64,000 nucleotides of DNA from Chloroflexota bacterium (GCA_019637815.1 JAHBUZ010000006.1:128522-192521); one strand, 5' to 3'; counted from the first letter of the stretch, positions 28,218 through 37,098 are shown. Notes: generated from the sequence alone by a model not told the origin. Translations and numbers: made by a program.

Positions 28218-29724
28218 CGCCCCTGCGTCGCCGATGCTCGCCCGTCGCTCCACCCGACTGCTCGCCTTCACCCGGCGAGACGCGGTCCGGCTGGTCGTCG
28301 CTGCCGCACTGCTGGTGGCGGCCATCACGGCCGTGCTCGCGTTCGAGGTGTTCCCCATCGGCGTGGGGACCGGCTTCGACCTGGCCCGGATGCTCGGCTG
28401 GCTGGTCCTCTCCACGCTCCTGGTCGCCACGCTGCTCGGCTGGGTGTGGCGCTTCCGACCGCTGCTGTGGCATCGCAACAGCGCGCTGCTGTTGCTCGGG
28501 CTCGTCCTGCTCCTGGGCGCGTTCGCGTTCCGCGTGACGGCAGACCGCTCGGTGCTGCCCTTCATCGCACCCTTCGCGGCCGCGGCGCTGCTGCTCGCCG
28601 TGCTCCTGGACGCCGGGGTGGCCCTGGTGGTGGTGGCGATCCTGAGCGTCCTCGCGGGGGCCGTGACGGGTCAGGTGCAGCTCGCGTCCTACATCATGCT
28701 CGGCGGCATGGCGGGTCTCATCGTCGTGCGCCGGGGCGAGCGGCTGACCACCTATGTCCAGTCGGCGGTGGCCATCGGCGTCGTCAACCTCGCGGTCGTG
28801 ACCGCGTTCGCGATCCTCGGTGACCGGGACCTCGCGGGGTGGCTCCAGCTCGCCGGGGCGTCCATCGCGGCGGCTATCGGGAGCGCGGTCCTTGCGGCGG
28901 GGTCGTTCGCGGTGCTGGGCAGCCTGTTCGGGATCACCACCTCGTACCAGCTGATGGAGCTCGCCAACCCGTCGCAGCCGCTCCTCCGACGATTGCTGCT
29001 GGAGGCGCCCGGCACCTACCACCACTCGCTGATGGTGGGCAACCTCGCCGAGCGAGCAGCTGAGGCCGTGGGGGTCGATCCGCTGGTCGTGCGCGTGGCG
29101 GCGTACTACCACGATATCGGCAAGCTGGCGGACCCGACCGCCTTCATCGAGAACCAGACCACGGGGCAGGCGAACCCGCATGACCAGCTCTCGCCCGAGG
29201 AATCGGCGCGCATCCTGGCGGCGCATGTCGGCAATGGCATCGACATCGCGTACCGGTACAAGCTGCCCAAGCCGGTGATCTCGTTCATCCCACAGCATCA
29301 CGGCACGGGGCGTATGAGCTACTTCTACGAGAAGGCCCGTGAGGAGGCCGTGGCGGAGTCCGGGGCGGCGCCGGGATCGGCGGCTGCCGAGGCTGCGGCA
29401 GCGACCGTGGATGAGCGGCGCTTCCGCCATCGAGGACCCAAGCCGCAGAGCCGCGAGGCCGCGATCCTGATGCTCGCCGACAGCGTGGAGGCGGCCGTGC
29501 GGTCGCTGTCCAGCCAGGACGAGGCGTCCATCCGCACGATGGTCGGGCGCATCATCAGCGAGCGGCTGGAGGACGGCCAGTTCGACGAGTGCGACCTGAC
29601 CCTGCGCGACCTCGACCGCATCCGGGAGGCGTTCGTGGCGCAGCTCTTGGGGATGTATCACCGCCGGATCGAGTACCCGCAAAACAAGATCGTGGAGATC
29701 GAATCCAGGCGTGCCGCGTCCTAG
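28189..29724 (+). CDS. 7TM-receptor HD-domain phosphohydrolase (PgpH/YqfF-like)
   Basis: Seven hydrophobic helices followed by the HD domain HHSLMVGNL...AAYYHDIGK...HHG. The start could be the ATG at 28234. Confidence 0.8.
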   Translation: MTTGVPGAPSAPASPMLARRSTRLLAFTRRDAVRLVVAAALLVAAITAVLAFEVFPIGVGTGFDLARMLGWLVLSTLLVATLLGWVWRFRPLLWHRNSALLLLGLVLLLGAFAFRVTADRSVLPFIAPFAAAALLLAVLLDAGVALVVVAILSVLAGAVTGQVQLASYIMLGGMAGLIVVRRGERLTTYVQSAVAIGVVNLAVVTAFAILGDRDLAGWLQLAGASIAAAIGSAVLAAGSFAVLGSLFGITTSYQLMELANPSQPLLRRLLLEAPGTYHHSLMVGNLAERAAEAVGVDPLVVRVAAYYHDIGKLADPTAFIENQTTGQANPHDQLSPEESARILAAHVGNGIDIAYRYKLPKPVISFIPQHHGTGRMSYFYEKAREEAVAESGAAPGSAAAEAAAATVDERRFRHRGPKPQSREAAILMLADSVEAAVRSLSSQDEASIRTMVGRIISERLEDGQFDECDLTLRDLDRIREAFVAQLLGMYHRRIEYPQNKIVEIESRRAAS

Positions 29725-29786
29725 GAACGACGGCACTCCCTGAGTGGACGAGATCGTGGAGATCGAATCCAGGCGTGCCGCGTCCT
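29687..29786. repeat. 36-bp perfect direct repeat (AGATCGTGGAGATCGAATCCAGGCGTGCCGCGTCCT) duplicating the last 12 codons of the pgpH-like gene, period 64 bp
   Basis: Copy 1 is 29687..29722 and is followed by stop TAG. Copy 2 is 29751..29786 and is followed by TGA. Read from the sequence, +/-2 nt. Confidence 0.8.
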
Positions 29787-30140
29787 GATGCCGATGTGCC
29801 CCACCGCCCGCCTTCCCGTCCGAGCCTGCGGCTACCTCGCCAGTTGACTCGACTGGTGGACCACGAGCCGCTCAATGACGAGGGCCGGGGCGCCGCCCAC
29901 GCTCAGCTCGATCGCCGATCGACCCACCAGTCGGGGCATATGGCATGGAAGTTGCCCCGGCGGGCCCGCTCATGGCCCACCAGTCGGAGCGATCGGCACA
30001 GAAGTCGAGAGCGTGCGTCCTGCGGTGCTCACCTGCACGGATGTGGACGGCCTCTCGGTCCGCATCGCGGAGGTCGCCACGCCAGCGGCTCGATGAGCAC
30101 GCAGGACGCGGTCATCCGTCACCCTGGATGGCAGCGACGA

Positions 30141-30350
30141 TCACGTCACGCCCGAGCGCATCGAAGTCGTCGGGATGTGTGCCTGTCCAGCCAGGAAGCC
30201 GAGACGCGGCGATGCCGACGGCATACCCGTGGACATCAGGCTGGCGACGGCCGTTCCATCCTTCGCGATCAGGACCACCTCGCCGCCGTGGACGGCCTCC
30301 ACCAGCTCCAGCAAGTCCATCGCCGCATCGTCGACATCGATGGTCCGCAT
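30141..30350 (-). pseudogene. orphan Phd/YefM-type antitoxin, apparently frameshifted at its 3' end, with no intact toxin downstream
   Basis: MRTIDVDDAAMDLLELVEAVHGGEVVLIAKDGTAVASLM is preceded by GGAGGG. After ...PRLGFLAGQAHI the family-typical PDDFDALGRDV continues in another frame. No minus-strand ORF of 60 aa or more in 29876..30140. Confidence 0.5.
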
Positions 30351-30434
30351 CTCGCCCTCCCGCACCCGGTCCCTCTGGGCGTAGTGTGACGGCCCGGGAC
30401 GTGGTGGATCACCTTCCGACCGTATGCTGCGCCA

Positions 30435-30998
30435 GTGACCGACCTGGCTGACCGCACCGCCGTCCGATACCTCGATGGCGTCCGCGTCTCGGTCACCACC
30501 CGTCCCGGCGTGCGATCGCCGTTGTCCATCGCGGCGCTCGTGCGCACGATCGTCCGAGCGCTGCACGCCGGCCATGCTCCACACCCGGCGTCGCTGGACC
30601 TCATCCTGACCGATGACGCGGAGATCGAGACCCTCAACGAAGCCCACATGGGCCACGAAGGCCCGACCGATGTGCTCTCGTTCCCGATGCTGCCGCCTGG
30701 CGCCTATCCGGCCCACGCCGGCCAGGACCCGGACGTGCGCGCGCCCGGTGGCCCGTCCTTCGCGACCCCGCCGGGCACCCGGACCCACATCGGCGACATC
30801 GTGGTGTCGGTCGAGCGCGCCATCGAACAGGCGGAGCAGGGGAGGGGCGGCCAGACGAACGATCGGCGCTGGTCACCCGCCGACGAGCTGCGCCTCCTGG
30901 TGACCCATGGCACGCTCCACCTGTGCGGCTGGGACCACGCCCTCCCGGACGAGGAAGCCGCGATGCGCGCGCTCGAGCGGGAGCTGCTCACGGGCTGA
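30435..30998 (+). CDS. ybeY: rRNA maturation endoribonuclease YbeY
   Basis: LILTDDAEIETLNEAHMGHEGPTDVLSFP ... HGTLHLCGWDH zinc-binding motif. Confidence 0.9.
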   Translation: MTDLADRTAVRYLDGVRVSVTTRPGVRSPLSIAALVRTIVRALHAGHAPHPASLDLILTDDAEIETLNEAHMGHEGPTDVLSFPMLPPGAYPAHAGQDPDVRAPGGPSFATPPGTRTHIGDIVVSVERAIEQAEQGRGGQTNDRRWSPADELRLLVTHGTLHLCGWDHALPDEEAAMRALERELLTG

Positions 30999-31038
30999 CA
31001 GGCCCTGGTCGGGGATCCCGCCCTGCTACCGTGGCGGC

Positions 31039-31566
31039 ATGATCGACCTCACCCGCGATGCCGCTGCCATCCTGCGCACCGATCTCGACCGGTGGCGTTC
31101 CATCGCCACGCTCCCGCGCCACCTGCTGGACCGCCAGCCGGCACCAGGGGAGTGGTCGGCCCTCGAGTGCCTCATCCACGCCGCGGACACGGAGGTCCTG
31201 TTCGGCCAGCGGATGCAGGCGATCCTGGACGGCGCGGAGACCTTCCCAGCGTTCGATCCGGATCGGGAGTCGACCCCCGCGGACAGCGTGACCGACACCG
31301 CGGATGTCGTGGCGCGGCTCGCCCGTCAGCGCACGATCAACGAGGGCATCCTGGAGATCATCACGGAGGCAGACCTGGACAAGGGGTCACGGCACGGCCA
31401 GCTGGGGCCGGTGACCCTCGGGCAGCTGGTCAACGAGTACCCAGCGCATGACCTGATGCATATCGTCCAGGCGGAGCGGGCGATCATGCAGACGCATATC
31501 CCGCAGACCGGTCCGTGGCGCTTCTACTTCGCGGACCACGACGTGGACGCAGCGATCGGCACCTGA
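31039..31566 (+). CDS. DinB family protein
   Basis: An internal ATG of track ORF 30907..31566. GEWSALECLIHAAD ... HDLMH is a four-helix-bundle His triad pattern. Confidence 0.7.
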   Translation: MIDLTRDAAAILRTDLDRWRSIATLPRHLLDRQPAPGEWSALECLIHAADTEVLFGQRMQAILDGAETFPAFDPDRESTPADSVTDTADVVARLARQRTINEGILEIITEADLDKGSRHGQLGPVTLGQLVNEYPAHDLMHIVQAERAIMQTHIPQTGPWRFYFADHDVDAAIGT

Positions 31567-31599
31567 CCCGGCGGTGTGACCGTGCGCTGAGGTTCCGTC

Positions 31600-32697
31600 C
31601 TACTTCGTGTAGGCGAGCGTGAACGCGCCGTCAGTGGGCTTGCCGGCCACGGTGAAGCAGCGGACCACCACCTGCTGCGGCTTCTTGTTGCCGATACGGA
31701 TCGAGCCGACCTGGCATTCCTGCTTGCCGCTCCCGTACGGGGTCACGAGCGCCGCGCCCCCCGTGGGCATGCCCGGCAGCGTGACCCGGTACACACCCTT
31801 GGACAGCCGCTTGATGGTCGCTCGCTTCCCGTTGGTCGCCCAGGCGGTCGCCTTGGCGGGCTTGTAGCTCCTGGCGGTCGGCCGATCGGCGAGGAGGTAC
31901 GCGGACGGGCCACCGCCGAAGCCCTCGGGTCCCACGTTGCGCATGAACAGCACGTGGTGGAAGTCTCGTATCGGGGTACCGGTCGCGGTCCGGCACTGGA
32001 CCCGGACGACCAGGTCGGGGGCACCTGACCAGGACACGACCCGGCAGGTCGCGCCCAGGTGCGAGGTGACCTGGACGGTGCCCGCGCCCTTCGGGGTGCC
32101 CACGCCCGGGATGACGCCGTGGTCCCGCGTGTTGGCCAGCTCCCGCACCGTGATCGTGCCACCCGCCGATGAGTACTGGAACTCGGGGTTGGGGCCGTCA
32201 GGGTCCGCGACGTAGTAGTAGGCAAGCCGCCGGGGTCCGGCATGCTCACCTGAGCCGCCCGTGAACGTGACCACGAATCGCGAGTCCGCCTTCTTGTCCG
32301 CGAATGTGTAGCACCGGACGAGCACCCGGGCCGGGACCGCCTCCCAGTCCCGCCAGCCAAGCGTGCAGCGTCGTGGCTGACTGCCCATCGGCGTGATCTG
32401 GACGATGCTGGTCGCTGAGAGGCCCGGCAGCGCGACCCAGTAGACGCCCTTGGACGACCGATCGACCCAGTTCAGGCCACCGGTGGAGTTGCCTCGGTCG
32501 CGCGGGAAGGGCGTGTGATCCTGCTCGGGGTACCGCACGACGACCCAGCCGGACGTCGAGCCTGCGCCTCCGGCCGGTCGAGCCGGTGGATCGGTTGGCT
32601 CCGCTGCGTGCGCCTGCGTCGCACCCACGGTGGAGGCCACGAGCGCGAGGATCACGGCGACCAAGGGCAGGCGACGCCGCCGGGCAGGTGTTCTCAT
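31600..32697 (-). CDS. secreted hypothetical protein, paralog 1 of 3 (three ~100-aa two-Cys modules)
   Basis: Signal peptide MRTPARRRRLPLVAVILALVASTVGATQAHA|AEP. Three internal modules share NS.GG...R...G.Y.V.LPG...VQVT..G...C.V..W...V.V.C...D..F. C-terminus LAYTK. Confidence 0.8.
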   Translation of the reverse strand: MRTPARRRRLPLVAVILALVASTVGATQAHAAEPTDPPARPAGGAGSTSGWVVVRYPEQDHTPFPRDRGNSTGGLNWVDRSSKGVYWVALPGLSATSIVQITPMGSQPRRCTLGWRDWEAVPARVLVRCYTFADKKADSRFVVTFTGGSGEHAGPRRLAYYYVADPDGPNPEFQYSSAGGTITVRELANTRDHGVIPGVGTPKGAGTVQVTSHLGATCRVVSWSGAPDLVVRVQCRTATGTPIRDFHHVLFMRNVGPEGFGGGPSAYLLADRPTARSYKPAKATAWATNGKRATIKRLSKGVYRVTLPGMPTGGAALVTPYGSGKQECQVGSIRIGNKKPQQVVVRCFTVAGKPTDGAFTLAYTK

Positions 32698-32742
32698 CGG
32701 CGGAGCCTAGCAGCCGGCCGCAAGCGTCGAGCCGGCTGGCGA

Positions 32743-33837
32743 CTACTTCGTGTAGGCGAGCAGGAACTTCGCGTCGGCCGGCTTGCCGGTCTTGGAGAAG
32801 CAGCGGACCTCGATCCGCTGGGGTGTCGTCTTCGTGCGGATCGACCCGATCTGGCAGTCCTCGGTACCCGTGCCATACGGGGTCACGAGCGCTGCGCCAC
32901 CCTTCGGCATCCCTGGCAACGTCACCCGATACACGCCCTTGGACGCCCGCTTGATCGTCGCCTGCTTGCCGTTCGATGACCAGGCCGTCGCCTTGGCGGG
33001 GTGGTAGCTCGTCGTCCTCGTGGGCTTGCTCGCGAAGAGATAGGCCGACGGTCCGCTGCCGTACCCAGCGATGCCCAGCTTGCGCACGAACAGGAGGTTG
33101 TGTTCGGTGTCCAGCCGCGCGCCGGTGTCGTCCCGGCACAGGACGTCCACCGTCTGGGACCCGGCCCCCTTCGACCACCCGGCGATCCGGCAGGAGCCCG
33201 CATCGTAGCCGTACCAGGTCATCTGGAAGGTGCCCACCACGTCCGGATGCCCCTGGTTCGGGATCGTCGCCCGATACCGGCCTGTGCTCCGGTGCTCGAG
33301 CGTGATCTTGCCCGGCTTCGACGAGAACTGGTAGTCGAGCCACGGGGTCGAATCCGCGTCAGTCACGTCGGCCCAGTAGTAGGCGAGCCGGCCGGGGAGC
33401 CCGCCCGTCTCCGGGGGTCGCCCGGTCATGACGACGATGAACGGCGTGTCCCGCAGGTCGCCGTCATGGTCGTAGCACCGGACCTCGAGCTCCGCCCCGG
33501 GGCCCCAGCTGGTGGAGACGCACCGCCGGAGCTTGGAGCCCATGGCCGAGACCTGGACGGTGGCGGTGTACGGGATCCCCGGCAGCTGCACGTCCCAGAT
33601 GCCCCTGTCCACTCGCTGCACCGTGTTGATGCCGCCCGTGGAGTTGCCGCGGTCCCGCGACGCCGGCACGTATTCGTCCGTCCGGCTGGGCTCACGGACC
33701 ACCACCCACGCGGACCGTGAGTGGAGCACGGGGTCGGACGCGCTCGCGGCCGCCGGCAGCATGGCGGAGACCGCGAACGCGGCCAGCGACACCACGGCGA
33801 TGAGGGACCTGGATCGGGAGCGGACAGGGCCGGTCAT
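32743..33837 (-). CDS. secreted hypothetical protein, paralog 2 of 3
   Basis: Signal peptide ...LPAAASA|SDP. Same three-module layout. The C-terminal module is nearly identical to that of paralog 3. Confidence 0.8.
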   Translation of the reverse strand: MTGPVRSRSRSLIAVVSLAAFAVSAMLPAAASASDPVLHSRSAWVVVREPSRTDEYVPASRDRGNSTGGINTVQRVDRGIWDVQLPGIPYTATVQVSAMGSKLRRCVSTSWGPGAELEVRCYDHDGDLRDTPFIVVMTGRPPETGGLPGRLAYYWADVTDADSTPWLDYQFSSKPGKITLEHRSTGRYRATIPNQGHPDVVGTFQMTWYGYDAGSCRIAGWSKGAGSQTVDVLCRDDTGARLDTEHNLLFVRKLGIAGYGSGPSAYLFASKPTRTTSYHPAKATAWSSNGKQATIKRASKGVYRVTLPGMPKGGAALVTPYGTGTEDCQIGSIRTKTTPQRIEVRCFSKTGKPADAKFLLAYTK

Positions 33838-33923
33838 CCGGAGAGCCTACCGACCCGATGCAAGCGTGAGCGGGCGGGACGGCCGCGCCGGCTCGAGACG
33901 CGAGCCGGATCCCAGCGCCCGCC

Positions 33924-35015
33924 CTACTTCGTATACGCGAGCAGGAACTTCGCGTTCGCCGGCTTGCCGGTCTTGGAGAAGCAGCGCACGACCACCTGCT
34001 GGGGCGTCTTGTCCGTCCGGATCGACCCGATCTGGCAGTCCTCCGTACCGGTGCCATACGGGGTCACGAGCGCTGCGCCACCCTTCGGCATCCCGGGGAG
34101 CGTCACCCGATACACGCCCTTGGACGACCGCTTGATCGTCGCCTGCTTGCCGTTCGACGCCCAGGCCGTCGCCTTGGCGGGCTTGTAGCTCGTGGTCCTC
34201 GTGGGCTTGCTCGCGAAGAGATAGGCGGACGGTCCACCGCCGTACCCCTCGATGCCCAGGTTGCGCAGGAACAGCAGGTCGTGCTGGGTGTCGGCGAGCG
34301 CACCGGCCGGCCTGCGGCAGTGGATGTCCACGGTCTGGGCACCGGACCCTTTCGACCACCCCGCGATGCGGCAGTAGCCAGCCCTGTCGTACGGGCTCAC
34401 CTGGAACGTGCCCACCACCGTCGCGTGCCCCTGCTTCGGGATCGTGGCCCGGTACTTGCCGGTCCCCCGGTGGTCGAGCGTGATCTCGCCGGGCTTCGAC
34501 GAGTACTGGTAGGTGTCGAGTGGGGTCGAGTCCGCAGACTCGACGTCGGCCCAGTAGTAGGCGAGTCGACCGGGGAGGCTGCCGCTGGACGCGGGAGCCT
34601 CCGTCAAGGTGACCACGAACGGCGCGTCCTTCAACTGGCCCGCATAGTCGAAGCACTGCACGTACGTTTCATCGATTCCCCAGCTCGAGGGCACGCACCG
34701 ACGCGGCTTGGAGCCCATGGCCGACGCCTGGACCTGATCAAGATCGCCCACGCCCGGCATCATGATGCGCCACGTGCCCTTCCAGGTGCGCTCGACCTTG
34801 TTCCTGCCGCCCGTGGAGTTGCCACGGTCACGCGCGGCCGGTGCGTACTCCCCCGTTCGACCCGGGTCCCGGACCACGACCCACGCCGACACCGAGTGCG
34901 TGGGTGCCTGCCCGCCAGCCATCGCGGACGCCGGGAGGATGGCCGTTGCTGCGAGCACGGCCAGTGACACCACGGCGGCAAGGGACCTGGGTCGGGAGCG
35001 GGCAGGTCTGGTCAT
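33924..35015 (-). CDS. secreted hypothetical protein, paralog 3 of 3
   Basis: Signal peptide ...ILPASAMA|GGQ. Same three-module layout. C-terminus KFLLAYTK. Confidence 0.8.
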   Translation of the reverse strand: MTRPARSRPRSLAAVVSLAVLAATAILPASAMAGGQAPTHSVSAWVVVRDPGRTGEYAPAARDRGNSTGGRNKVERTWKGTWRIMMPGVGDLDQVQASAMGSKPRRCVPSSWGIDETYVQCFDYAGQLKDAPFVVTLTEAPASSGSLPGRLAYYWADVESADSTPLDTYQYSSKPGEITLDHRGTGKYRATIPKQGHATVVGTFQVSPYDRAGYCRIAGWSKGSGAQTVDIHCRRPAGALADTQHDLLFLRNLGIEGYGGGPSAYLFASKPTRTTSYKPAKATAWASNGKQATIKRSSKGVYRVTLPGMPKGGAALVTPYGTGTEDCQIGSIRTDKTPQQVVVRCFSKTGKPANAKFLLAYTK

Positions 35016-35143
35016 CGGTCGAGCCTAGCGACCCGATGCAAGCGGTCGCAGGCCGGACAGGTCGCAGGCCGGACGCAAGCCCGGGCGCCGGACGACGGAC
35101 GAGCGATACGTGCCCGCGGGCGGGCCAGCCGCCGAGGCGGAGG

Positions 35144-35575
35144 TCAGTCGAGCGGGGACTCGTGGAGGATGTGGCCTCGGCGCGGCTCCGGCAGGTCGAC
35201 CAGCCGAAGCCCGGGCACCCGCTCGAACTCAGCCCGGTTCAGGGTCGCGACGGCGTACCCATGCGCAAGCGCGGTCGATGCGATCCACAGGTCGTGGGGC
35301 CCGATGAGGCTCCCGCGCGACTCGAGGTGTGACCAGATCCTGGCGTGTACCCGCGCGACCGCGGTGGTGATGGGGACCGGCTTCATCCCGGCGAGGATCC
35401 CCTCGACGATGGCCTCGCGTCTCGCCCGGTGCTCGGTGGTCGCTCGATGGACGCCGTGGAGCAGCTCACTGACGGTGATCACGCTGATCGCGACACCCGG
35501 ACGCTCGATGAGCCCGGTGATCCGGCCGCGTTGCTCTCGACCGATGAGCAGGCTGGTGTCGATCAGGACTCCCAC
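35144..35575 (-). CDS. vapC: PIN-domain toxin VapC
   Basis: MGVLIDTSLLI..., VITVSELLHG and ...ATLNRAEFERV. Overlaps the upstream antitoxin gene by 13 nt. Confidence 0.8.
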   Translation of the reverse strand: MGVLIDTSLLIGREQRGRITGLIERPGVAISVITVSELLHGVHRATTEHRARREAIVEGILAGMKPVPITTAVARVHARIWSHLESRGSLIGPHDLWIASTALAHGYAVATLNRAEFERVPGLRLVDLPEPRRGHILHESPLD

Positions 35576-35820
35576 GGATCATCCAGGGGCAGGAGCTCGC
35601 CCCGCAAGGCATCGATGTCGGCGGCGAAGTCCTCATCGGCCTCTGGCAGCGACTCGAGGAGCTCGCGGAACGCCTCCGCGCTGGTGAGGTACGGATCAGG
35701 TCGCGTGATGACCGCGACGGCCGTGCCGTGCCGGACGACCTCGATCCGCTCACCCCTGCTGACACGGTCGAGGACGGCGGAGAGGTTGCGCGCGAGCTCG
35801 GTCGCGGTCAGTCGAGCCAT
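35563..35820 (-). CDS. Phd/YefM-type antitoxin (VapB)
   Basis: The last 85 codons of track ORF 35563..37911: MARLTATELARNLSAVLDRVSRGERIEVVRHGTAVAVI. The rest of that ORF is antisense to the Kelch and pth genes. Confidence 0.75.
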   Translation of the reverse strand: MARLTATELARNLSAVLDRVSRGERIEVVRHGTAVAVITRPDPYLTSAEAFRELLESLPEADEDFAADIDALRGELLPLDDPWES

Positions 35821-35979
35821 GTCGGCCACGATATCAGATGTATCTGATCCATCTGATCCCAGGGCCGTGGCCGCCGCTGGGTGCGTCGAGGTTCCCGGGC
35901 GCACTACCATCCTCGTGGTCGATGGCTGTGGCGCGCGTGGTCGGCGCCGCACCCGGCCACGAGGCTCGAGGAGGCGATC

Positions 35980-37098
35980 GTGAGGACATCCAGGCAGCGG
36001 GTGGCGTCGGCACTGGTGATGGTCCTGGCCGGGACGGCGCTGTCCATCGCGCCGGTGGCTGCCGAGGGCCGCATCTCGGCGACGGGGTCGATGTCGGTCG
36101 GTCGCTACGGTCACACCGCCACCCTCCTGCCGGACGGCCGGGTGCTGGTCATCGGCGGGTTCTCGGTCGATGAGCAGTCGGCCTCCGTCCACGATACCGC
36201 CGAGATCTGGGATCCGGTGACCGGCGTCTTCGCTGCGACGGGTCCGCTGGCGACCGGTCGCTACCGTCATACCGCCACCCTCCTGCCCGACGGCAGCGTG
36301 CTCGTGGTCGGGGGCGGCGATGGCGCTGGCCGGCCCGTCGCCGCCGAGCGTTGGGACCCGGTGACGGGTGCCTTCACGACGACCGGCTCGCTGCTCGTCG
36401 GCCGCGCCGACCATCGAGCGATCCTCCTGCCGGACGGCCGGGTGCTGGTCATCGGCGGAGGTGATGGCGAGGGCCCCATCGCCTCCGCCGAGCTCTGGGA
36501 TCCCGCGTCCGCTGCGTTCGAGCCGACAGGCTCGATGGGCCACGCCCGCTACGACTTCACCGCGACCCTCCTGGCCGATGGCAGCGTGCTGGTCGTCGGG
36601 GGCCGCGACAGCTCGGACACCCTGGTGCCCACCGCCACTGCTGAGCGCTGGGACGCCACCAGCGGCACCTTTGCCGAGACGGGTCCGATCACGACCGCCC
36701 GCTTCGGTCACACCGCGACCCTCCTGCCTGACGGCAGCGTGCTGGTCGTCGGGGGCCGCTACGACGAGGTCTTCGCGACCGCCGAACGCTGGGACCCCAC
36801 CACCGGGATCTTCGCCGAGGCGGGCTCCATGGCCGATGCTCGCTTCTATCACGCGGCGACCTCCCTCCTCGACGGACGCGTGCTGGTGGTCGGCGGGTGG
36901 AGCGCCGGCGCCTCGGCCGCCTCGGCCGAGCTGTGGGACCCGGTCACTGGCACCTTCGCCGCGGCCGGGTCGATGGCGGGCGGCCGCAACGGTCTCACCG
37001 CGACCCTCCTGCCGGATGGTCGTGTGCTCCTGGTCGGGGGCCGCCAGTCCAACCCCACGCTCGCCGTGGCGGAGATCTGGGAGCCCGCAGCCGACTGA
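35980..37098 (+). CDS. secreted Kelch-repeat protein (seven-bladed beta-propeller)
   Basis: GTG at 35980 preceded by GAGGAGG. Signal peptide VASALVMVLAGTALSIAPVAAEG. Seven repeats of G(S/P)(M/L)...R..HTATLLPDG.VLV.GG...AE.WDP..G.F. Confidence 0.8.
   Translation: MRTSRQRVASALVMVLAGTALSIAPVAAEGRISATGSMSVGRYGHTATLLPDGRVLVIGGFSVDEQSASVHDTAEIWDPVTGVFAATGPLATGRYRHTATLLPDGSVLVVGGGDGAGRPVAAERWDPVTGAFTTTGSLLVGRADHRAILLPDGRVLVIGGGDGEGPIASAELWDPASAAFEPTGSMGHARYDFTATLLADGSVLVVGGRDSSDTLVPTATAERWDATSGTFAETGPITTARFGHTATLLPDGSVLVVGGRYDEVFATAERWDPTTGIFAEAGSMADARFYHAATSLLDGRVLVVGGWSAGASAASAELWDPVTGTFAAAGSMAGGRNGLTATLLPDGRVLLVGGRQSNPTLAVAEIWEPAAD

Noticed and set aside
29876-30140. A possible degraded PIN toxin downstream of the orphan antitoxin, e.g. 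a short ATGA-coupled reading frame MTASCVLIEPLAW...
   Set aside because: It is only about 28 codons before a stop, with no PIN acidic-residue pattern and no ORF of 60 aa or more on that strand. It is too weak to call even as a pseudogene and is mentioned only as context for the scar hypothesis.
36060-37090. A periodicity of about 144 bp at the DNA level that might look like a tandem DNA repeat element.
   Set aside because: It is fully explained by the seven Kelch blades of the encoded protein.
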